Below, one piece after another: positions 55,457 to 64,000 of a stretch of 64,000 nt of DNA. The notes below the pieces were generated by a model. It did not search any database, was not told the DNA's origin, and was given only the letters and a program-made list of their open reading frames with translations. This DNA comes from Azolla caroliniana (taxonomy: Eukaryota; Plantae; Polypodiophyta). The position numbers and the translations under genes were made by a program. Numbering within the stretch: the first letter of the stretch is position 1; each line of letters starts with the position of its first letter. The stretch lies in contig JBHGNT010000003.1 of assembly GCA_043228905.1 (NCBI GenBank), forward strand, positions 13,144,001 to 13,208,000, written 5' to 3'.

Positions 55457-56093
55457 TGTCGGGGTAGTTGTGGTTCGTGCGGCGAAGTCGCGGGGACTAA
55501 GGTCAAGGGAAGTTGAAGAAACTTAACTTTTAATAAGTCTTGTATGGTGATGATAGAATGGTTAAGGATAGTAAGACGAAGAGTTACGAGTAATGTGTGT
55601 GTGTGAGAGAGATGAGAATAGATAGAAAATAGAGACAATATATGATTCAAGAAGCAAGATAGAGACAAAGTATGATTTAAGACAAAAAAATATATGATAT
55701 GAACATGATGTATATTATGAATACAAGATTTTACCAACTTTACAATGATTGGTAGCAAGATGAACCCTTTCTCTACCGACCCTTGATTCGAACTCTTGAC
55801 TCCAACTTGGAAACACGAGCCTCTTCACCAACAAGCTAACTTGTTTGTTTCTTTGATTATCTTATTTATCTAACTTTCTCTTTTTCCCTTTGTTTTCCCC
55901 TTCCCCTCTTTATATAAGTGTTACCATGCATATGGTAATGTATGGGAGCATGGCATGCATGCAATGCATGAGTTACATGTAATGCATGATCGCCATTTGG
56001 CGCACATGCATTGCATGTGATGAATGATGGCTATGTATGAAAATAGATATGGGATAAGTATAATGATGAAAATGCATTCTAAAATAACTAACC

Positions 56094-56287
56094 TAGCTTA
56101 GTGGTGTATACTTGGTGCTTGGTATACAAGGTTGAGGGTTCAAGTCCCTCAATTTTACTTAATACAATATATAGCTTCATTCTTATATCATGAAGCACAT
56201 TTATTACACACTTTTACAAATAAATAGCCTAGCCTAGTGGTATGTACATTGTATATCGTTTATAAGGATGTGGGTTCAAGTCTCTCA
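56094..56287 (+). other. Two tandem tRNA-like A-box/B-box modules in the J LTR (also at ~62587-62780)
   Basis: TAGCTTAGTGG...GAGGGTTCAAGTCCCTC and TAGCCTAGTGG...GTGGGTTCAAGTCTCTC. Confidence 0.65.
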
Positions 56288-56340
56288 AATATTATTAAAT
56301 ACAACATTTAAGCTCATTTTTATATCGTGAAGCACATTCT

Positions 56341-59300
56341 TCACGACACCCACCCCCTCTGAACTTGCACATTGGTTGTGCAGAGTTCATCCAACACTTC
56401 TTCCGATTCTTTTAGTTCTTCTACTTCTTCATAAAATTCGGGCTCTAATGACTCCCTCCTTTTAAATATTTTAATCCTTTTTCTTGCAATTGGGATACGA
56501 ATTTCTGTCCCATCTAATTCATTGAGGAAATATGTGGCTTTATCTGTTATTTTCCTAACTTCATAAGGTCCAAACCATCTTTTTGAAAACTTCCGAATAG
56601 TACTATATTGATTATCTAGACTATTATCATATACTAATACCCAATCTCCTTCTTGCACTTTTCTTGGTCGTATTCTTTTCATCTTGTCAAATCTGTCCTT
56701 ATTCTTGATTCTTGCCTCTTTCAATCTAGTAGCTGCTTTTTCTATGTCTTCTGTCCTTGATTGAAGTTGTCGTATTCGAACCGCAAGTAAATCTTCCCTA
56801 CTCATTTCCGATTCCTAAGGCAACACAGCCCATGTAGTTATCTTTTCTTCAATTGGCATTATTGGCTTCTGTCTTGTGATTAATTCTGCATGCATATATC
56901 CAGTAACAGTGCTGTGAGTTGTCCTATCAGCCCATAGTGCATAGGCTAAGGTTTTTGGCCAATCACTGACCCTTCCTCTACATGCCTTTGCCAAAGCTTT
57001 GACTATTGGCCCATGTCCCCTTTCTACCTTTCCATTAGCTTCTGGATTGTACGCCGTTGTCAAAGAAAGCCGAATTCCTATTTTGTCGAAAAAATCTTGA
57101 GCTTCTGCAGAATTGAGTTCTCCCCTATCTGCCACTATCTTCCCGATACATCCATATCTACAAACAATGTCTTCCAAAATGAATTGACATACTCCTAATG
57201 TCCCTTTTGTTCGCAATGAACGGCCTTCCACTTGATTTGTTAGATCTTCTCTAGCAAGAACCAAGTATCTCTTTTGTCCTATTCCAAGTGGCATTGTTAC
57301 CAAATCTATCATCCACTTGTAATGCACCCCCGGTGAGTATGTTGGGTGTAATTCATCACAAAATTTTACATTTGAATAATATTGACAAGTGGGACAAGTT
57401 TCCACATACTTTTTTATTTGCTCATAGTATCGAGGCCACCAAAATCGTTCTTTAATCTTACTGAAAGTGGCCCACACTCCTCGATGACCAACCCATTCTT
57501 TGTCATGCAGCTCTTTGATTATCTCCTTTCTTTGCCCTTCATAACCTATTACTCTTTGCGGGTTTCCAGTCTTGGTTTTCGGATGTCGCCATAGATATCC
57601 TTCATGCAGGAAGAACTTATGGGCTTTCTTGCGAAACTGTGCGAACTCTTTTCCAGATCGACCTTTGTACTTGTCAGGGGTTTGTAGGTATTTCCCTATT
57701 TCCTTGAATTCTTCTTCATACTCCTCTTCTAGAAACTGCATTCCTCCTTCCCGAGTAATGCTTGTGGTAAGGACTGTTTGTTCTTTGTCCTCATCGTCCG
57801 AGTCTGGAATCTCCTCTTCCTCATACCTTGCTCTTGATAACATATCTGCTACTGCATTTCTATTCCCAGAGATATGTCGAACTTCAGGGTTGATTGATCT
57901 AATATAGATACACCATCTTAACATGGCTTGATCTGGAATATCACAATTAGCTATGATACCCAGAATAGGCAAACAATCTGTTTCTATTATTACTTCAGCA
58001 CCAATTAAGTAATCTCTGTCTGTCTTTACAACTGTTACTATCCCCCATAGCTCTCTTTTCACGTGTGCATATTTTCTTTGTCGACCACTAAGAACCTTTG
58101 CCCCGAATCGGACTGGATACCTTTCTTCCCTATCTTGCTGGCTTATCACCCATCCAATTCCAATGGGACTAGAGTCTACTATGAGATATATGGGCCGGGT
58201 GTAGTCTGGTTGCTTTAATGGTGGAGCTTGTGCCAAGTAGTACTTCAATTTCTTCATTGCCTCTGAATGCTCTTCACTCCATTCAAATGTCTCTCCTTTT
58301 CTTAGGAGTCTATATAAAGGTTCAGATAAATGGGCATAATGCGGAATCCATTTACAGTAAAAAACACATACCCCTAGAAACCTTCGTACTTCTGAGATGG
58401 ATGTACATTCCTCTTGCATATTTTGAATTGCATTGACCTTGGTTGGGGATGGCTTTCTCCCATACGGGCCACACATATGACCAACTATTAATATCTCTTT
58501 TGCCCCAAATATTGACTTCGCCCCTGATAAGGTCAAATGCACTTCTTCCATCCTTGATAGCACCTTCTCACAATCCTTGATATGATCAGCAACGAATTGA
58601 CGGCAACCACTTTCGTCCAATTCCTCGTTCTTCTCTTCCTCCTTGCATCCCTTAATTGGAACATCATCTAGAAAAGGCATTGTAATATGAGGAATAAAAT
58701 CACGAAGTACCTTGTTCATTCCATTCATCATATGCGCCACTGAGTTGGTCGCTCCTTGCGGCAAGGTGCACATCCGTACTAACCCTATAGGTGTCTTGAT
58801 AGAAGTTATATCTCGACTTTTGATAGCAAGTTGAAATTGATCATACCCGGAATAAAGGTCTCCCATTGAATATATAGCTCTTCCTGCAAACATCTCAGCA
58901 AACTCATCCACAATTGGCCCTACTCCCGAGTTTCGGATTGTTACCTTATTCACGGGTTGCATATCTTGGATAAATCGGAGTCGCCCATCTTTCTTTAACA
59001 CAGTGAACCATCGACTCGAGTAAGGAGCGTTCGATGGTTCCAAGATACCCATCCTTATCTTTTCTTTCAAAAGTTCTAATAGTTGAGGGATTCTAGCCCT
59101 AGGCATGGGTATTGGCTTAAAGTTCCATGGAATATGAGGGATAGTGAATCTAACCATGGGCTCCACAATTTTTGGATCCACACACCCTATTTCCTCCGGT
59201 TGGAATGCAAACGCCTTTCCATGCCTTTTTAACATCTCCCTGAACTGCTTTTCTTCAGCGGGTAATAGGAAGTCACCCCCTCCTATTTTCATCCCTTGTA

Positions 59301-59805
59301 TTGTTTCCGGAGTAAACACATGTCCTACCTTTCGTGGGTCTCTGATCATTGGCTCTGTGGCTGCTTCTTTGATTGCCTTTTCACTATCCCTTGGAAGTGG
59401 AGCAGCAATAGGACGAACCTTCTTCTCCACTGTCTTGTACTTTGTTAGTACATGTGCTTCATGATCCTTTCGAGCAACTTCTTCAATGACCTCATACATC
59501 TTGATTGAATGGACAGGAACTTGGATTTCGTTGTCTTCTTCCATTGCTTCCAAATGAGTTATTGTATCTTCAAAACTTAATTCTTCAAACATATCCTGAA
59601 TTTCTTCATCATCATCTATTAATCCAAAACACTTAAAGTACTCGAAAGCATTTTGTATTTTATTATTATTTACTTTTAGTATAAAAGTAGCACCATTAGA
59701 TGAGATTGTACAAGGAATATCTTTATTTACATTATTATTTATGGGGTTTTCTTTTATGCTCGGGCTATCACAGCCCCTACCTGTAAAAGCCCTATCTAAA
59801 AATCC
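56341..59805 (-). pseudogene. pol: pol ORF2 of J (RT-RH-IN), with a single nonsense codon at 56815-56817
   Basis: The frame is open from the slippery site through ORF 56815-59592 and resumes in the same frame as 56341-56805; the TAG aligns with Trp in B. Confidence 0.9.
59743..59805 (-). promoter_or_regulatory. Putative -1 ribosomal frameshift signal of J (G GAT TTT, 6-nt spacer, pseudoknot)
   Basis: Stem GGGCTTTTACAG/CTGTGATAGCCC; loop GGGG; CCCC 15 nt downstream. Confidence 0.78.
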
Positions 59806-61910
59806 TGGGAAAACTCTTCATCCATCTCTTGAATTGGATGTTCCCTCAAGCATTCTTTGTTTCTTTCATGGTTGGGCCTCACGGTTAAGAATTGGACAGT
59901 CTTTCTTCCATCTTGACTCTTGATTCTCGCGAAAGCCGAACCATCATCAATAACCTTTGTTTCCATCCTCACTGCGGTGATGTAGGGCTGGCCAAGGATG
60001 ACAGGGTAGGTTGATCGATCCTGCACAAAGAAATTTTGATTCACCGAGACATCACCAATTGTTACCTTCACACTAGGACATGCTCCGAATAGATCCTCCG
60101 TAGTTTCTGTGGCAGCTCTTATTTTCCACCCATGATTCTTGTCGATCGGCCACCGTCCTTGAGCGTAAAATTCCGACGACATCATGTTAATCTCTGATCC
60201 ATGATCGATCAAAGCAATACATGGAATTTGCTGCTCCCCAATTTTTGCAGGTGCCTCCGTTGTTGCTCGAGCCCAATGGTTCCTTGTATAGTGACTCCTA
60301 TCCCCTTCATGGACGCCAACATCATTCTGGGTTTTTACACTTGCAGCATTGATGGTGCCACCATACAAATCTTGGAGTGTTGTTGCACACCCTCCCGTAA
60401 TTTCCTCCTTCACTTGTCTCTTCCTTCTAATAATATCTATGATAACTTCATGAAATTCTTTCTTTGCTATACCCAACACTTCTCGTAAAGTAAATTCTAC
60501 CTTACTATTTAGTATTCTTGTTTCTAGTACCTTTTTTATATTTGTCGTAGTTTCTATGTCTGAGGCAAGCTTGAAAGATGGGCTTGTCTTTCCTTTTACT
60601 TTATCAGCTTCCTTTGGCTCAGTAGCACCCTTTTCCATGTCCCTTCTCTTCTGTTCTCGTGTCTCATGTCTCTTTGTCGGATCAGCTTCCTCAGCTCTCT
60701 TTCGCTTCTCTTCCACTAGCACATCTTGTGCATTCACTTGGGCGAATGCTGATAGCGCGTCTACTGGATCATTCCATCCAGTGAAGTTTCGTATTTCATC
60801 TCCCGCTCTTTTTAATTCATCCACTCGAACCTTCCCTTTTCTTGCATAATCCATCACATCTTGCCAAAAGCCAGATCCACCATATGAGTCTTCTACGCGC
60901 AATCCTAAGGTTGCCACGGATTGTATCGCTTGAGTCGTTTCTCTCTCGGCATCTTCCATTAGCCTTTTCATTCCTCCTCGCCCGAAGTTGAGTTGAAGTG
61001 GTTGTCGAGTCTCAGTTGAGTGAATCTTGCCATCTTGATAGTAGATTTTATTATGATTAAGAGCATCCCTATGCTCTTGACAATCTTTCTTCTGGTGGTC
61101 GATACTATCACACCACATACACCTTCGGACCATTCCACCTTCCTGCCTTGATGAAGTCGAGCTTTGTCCCGATTCTAGCTTCGTCACTTTGATCGACAAG
61201 TCTTTCATGCCTTTCACTAATTCGTGTAAGAGTGATTCTTCTACTTTCTTTTCTCCCGACTCGTTCCCCGTTTCTTCATCATTTCTGTCGGGCAACTCCA
61301 TAAACCATAACTTTCTTTTGCAGAAATGGGCGCACGCCCTTTTCACCTCCTCCCAATCTTCAGTAAGTCCACTTGGACTATTCTGATCTTCTAAAAGCAT
61401 TCCCAAGTCCTTCCTGTCTTTAATATTAGTAGCTTGTAGAAACAATATGACTTTATCTGGCACTATTATATTTCTATCTCTAACATTTAGTTGCTCAAAT
61501 CTTTTAGAAAACTCTTTTAATACTTCCAAAACACTTAAATGTTTATTAGACTCTACCCAATCCATGAAGGATCGCCTTGTCATCCTTGACATATCGTTGA
61601 GGTTGTATTCATTGAGTAATGCCCTTTCGAATGTTGTCCATGTCTGATTCTCCCTTTGGAGCTCTTGGATCCTCTCTTGTAGCCCAATCGCAGTGACTCG
61701 ACTAAAGCTATTAATTTTTGTAGCTTCGTCGACACCGCGTTTAAGCATTTCTTCATTATAAATCTTCAGAAATCTTGTTAAATTTATACCTTCGAAGATT
61801 CCTACTCGTGCGAGAATATTGTCGACGGCTTTGTCGATGCTTGCCATCATCCCTTGTTCCCGCATCACTCGTTCCATCATCGTACACATAAGCCTCATTT
61901 GCTCCTCCAT
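59796..61910 (-). CDS. gag: Intact gag-protease ORF1 of J, 704 aa
   Basis: Starts ~20 nt after the PBS; knuckle CMWCDSIDHQKKDC; PR LIDHGSEIN...ILGQPY. Confidence 0.9.
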   Translation of the reverse strand: MEEQMRLMCTMMERVMREQGMMASIDKAVDNILARVGIFEGINLTRFLKIYNEEMLKRGVDEATKINSFSRVTAIGLQERIQELQRENQTWTTFERALLNEYNLNDMSRMTRRSFMDWVESNKHLSVLEVLKEFSKRFEQLNVRDRNIIVPDKVILFLQATNIKDRKDLGMLLEDQNSPSGLTEDWEEVKRACAHFCKRKLWFMELPDRNDEETGNESGEKKVEESLLHELVKGMKDLSIKVTKLESGQSSTSSRQEGGMVRRCMWCDSIDHQKKDCQEHRDALNHNKIYYQDGKIHSTETRQPLQLNFGRGGMKRLMEDAERETTQAIQSVATLGLRVEDSYGGSGFWQDVMDYARKGKVRVDELKRAGDEIRNFTGWNDPVDALSAFAQVNAQDVLVEEKRKRAEEADPTKRHETREQKRRDMEKGATEPKEADKVKGKTSPSFKLASDIETTTNIKKVLETRILNSKVEFTLREVLGIAKKEFHEVIIDIIRRKRQVKEEITGGCATTLQDLYGGTINAASVKTQNDVGVHEGDRSHYTRNHWARATTEAPAKIGEQQIPCIALIDHGSEINMMSSEFYAQGRWPIDKNHGWKIRAATETTEDLFGACPSVKVTIGDVSVNQNFFVQDRSTYPVILGQPYITAVRMETKVIDDGSAFARIKSQDGRKTVQFLTVRPNHERNKECLREHPIQEMDEEFSQDF

Positions 61911-62841
61911 TTCTCCTTGTCGCCGCTTTCACATCGGGTTCACCAAATGTGTCGGGGTAGTTGTGGTTCGTGCAGCGAAGTCGCGGGGACTAAGGTCAAG
62001 GGGAGTTGAAGAAACTTAACTTTTAATAAGTCTTGTATGGTGATGATAGAATGGTTAAGGATAGTAAGACGAAGAGTTACGAGTAATGTGTGTGTGAGAG
62101 AGAGATGAGAATAGATAGAAGATAGAGACAATATATGATTCAAGAAGCAAGATAGAGACAAAGTATGATTTAAGACAAAAAAATATATGATATGAACATG
62201 ATGTATATTATGAATACAAGATTTTAACAACTTTACAATGTTTGGTAGCAAGATGAACCCTTTCTCTACCGACCCTTGATTCGAACTCTTGACTCCAACT
62301 TGGAAACACGAGCCTCTTCACCAACAAGCTAACTTGTTTGTTTCTTTGATTATCTTATTTATCTAACTTTCTCTTTTTCCCTTTGTTTTCCCTTTCCCCT
62401 CTTTATATAAGTGTTACCATGCATATGGTAATGTATGGGAGCATGGCATGCATGCAATGCATGAGTTACATGTAATGCATGATCGCCATTTGGCGCACAT
62501 GCATTGCATGTGATGAATGATGGCTATGTATGAAAATAGATATGGGATAAGTATAATGATGAAAATGCATTCTAAAATAACTAACCTAGCTTAGTGGTGT
62601 ATACTTGGTGCTTGGTATACAAGGTTGAGGGTTCAAGTCCCTCAATTTTACTTAATACAATATATAGCTTCATTCTTATATCATGAAGCACATTTATTAC
62701 ACACTTTTACAAATAAATAGCCTAGCCTAGTGGTATGTACATTGTATATCGTTTATAAGGATGTGGGTTCAAGTCTCTCAAATATTATTAAATACAACAT
62801 TTAAGCTCATTTTTATATCGTGAAGCACATTCTTCACGACA

Positions 62842-64000
62842 GCGGTATTGTCACGTAGTGCCTTGGCTTCCACCCATTTTGTATAGTAATATGTGGCGAC
62901 AATTATGTACTTGTTGCCGATGGCTTGAATGGTCCAACGATGTCCAGCCCCCATTTTTGGAATGGCTCTAGAGGTAGTACCAGATGGTGCTGCATGCGGG
63001 CTTGTTCCGTTGGCTGGCCCATTCTTTGACATAGATCACATTCCTTCGTATATCGAACCAAGTCCTTTAGTGTCGTTGGCCACCATAAGCCATTGCACCA
63101 TATTTTCCTTGCCATGGCTTCACCAGCCTAATGTCCTCCGGTGACCCCACAATGCGGTTCCTATAAAATGGTGTCTTTTTCATCACTCCGAACTGCTCAC
63201 CGCCATATGCCGTCCGCTCCTTTATGATACAGTGTATCCTGCAATAGACAAAAGTGTCGGCTTTGCACCACCAACTGTTTACGTTCATCCCGGTTCATCT
63301 CCTTTGGGGGTAGTTTGGTGCTTAAGAACTGGTGCATATTCGTTAGCCATTTGTCCTCGTCCGCGACTGTCCCAACTACCATGGTTTCCGCTATAATTTT
63401 AAAGAACGTGGCATCCGGAAATTCATCTTGAATGTCGTCACCGGTCTCTCCTTATTCTTACTGGCTCAAATAATCGGCAACTGCATGTTGTATACCCGGT
63501 TGGTGATAGATCTCAAATTCAAATTCTTGTAATAATAATGTCCACTGGGCCAGCTTTCCGGTGAGTGATGCCTTCGAGACCAAGTATAAAGGCATTAAAT
63601 GGTCTACATGGAATGAAAACTTGCGGCCCAACAAATAATGTTGGTATTTGGTGATACTGTATATCTTTCCGTAGTGGAATAATTTTGTTCTACCTTTGAC
63701 AGCTTCCGGCTAACGTAGTACACCGGCCGGTACCACTTCGGTTCGTAAGTTGCATGAGTACGCCGTTGATTGCAATATCCGACGCGTCCACGAAGACATG
63801 GAACTCTTTTGACCAGTCCGGGGGTTTTACCATTGGTGCTTGTGATAGCATTACCTTGAGTGCGCGGTAAGCCCTGTCCTCTTCATCCGTCCAATGAAAC
63901 AGTGTCCAGTGTACAACTGCGTGTAGTGGCGTGGCGTGGTCTGCCAAGTACCGGAGCATCCGGCTATGCCACCAAATCTGTCCTGAAAACCGGCTTAAAG
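62842..64000 (-). pseudogene. pol: Second IN-RH-RT segment of element I
   Basis: [23 protein letters not shown] and PPDWSKEFHVFVDASD in broken frames; continues the integrase cut by J at 55456. Confidence 0.87.

Larger units (their letters stand above)
55457..62841 (-). mobile_element. Element J: near-intact Trp-primed Ty3/gypsy related to B
   Basis: 892-bp LTRs at 55457-56348 and 61950-62841; 4-bp TSD GCGG; PBS 61929-61945; PPT GTTCAGAGGGGGTGGG at 56349-56364. Confidence 0.94.
50427..64000 (-). mobile_element. Element I: decayed, rearranged relative of F (3' LTR 50427-50922, extra-ORF remnant, duplicated IN-RH segments), interrupted by J and running off the window
   Basis: LTR termini resemble those of F; peptides such as VQPPDWSKEFHVFVDASD, EDKWLTNMHQFLST and TGLPEGGI..TQGGEDPLF match F. 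Confidence 0.88.

Noticed and set aside
56094-56151. Functional tRNA gene
   Set aside because: There is no acceptor stem or canonical 7-nt anticodon loop; only the A/B boxes and T-arm are tRNA-like.

Overview
The window is almost entirely nested plant LTR retrotransposons, with no host gene, true tRNA/rRNA gene or CRISPR array detectable. A non-seed plant such as a bryophyte is plausible, but that is inference. LTR ends, primer-binding sites (PBS) and target-site duplications (TSD) resolve 12 elements plus 2 solo LTRs. Five are Ty3/gypsy-type elements primed by tRNA-Trp: B and J have the autonomous layout, A and D are gag-only, and K is a remnant. There are also three Ty1/copia elements or remnants (C, E, L), two chromoviruses (G with three LTRs, and H), and two Athila-like elements: F is intact and very young with a large extra sense ORF, and I is a decayed relative. 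Nesting reaches five levels (L>K>D>E>F/G). The strongest unexplained signals are: (1) a covariation-supported -1 frameshift pseudoknot placed after the protease in B and J; (2) a covarying ~160-nt structured RNA in the leaders of G and H; (3) tRNA-like A/B-box modules inside Trp-primed LTRs; (4) gag-only elements with a repeated peptide tail; (5) the extra ORF of F/I, together with a conserved non-purine block where the polypurine tract (PPT) should be. All comparisons were made by eye, and family names are not database-confirmed.
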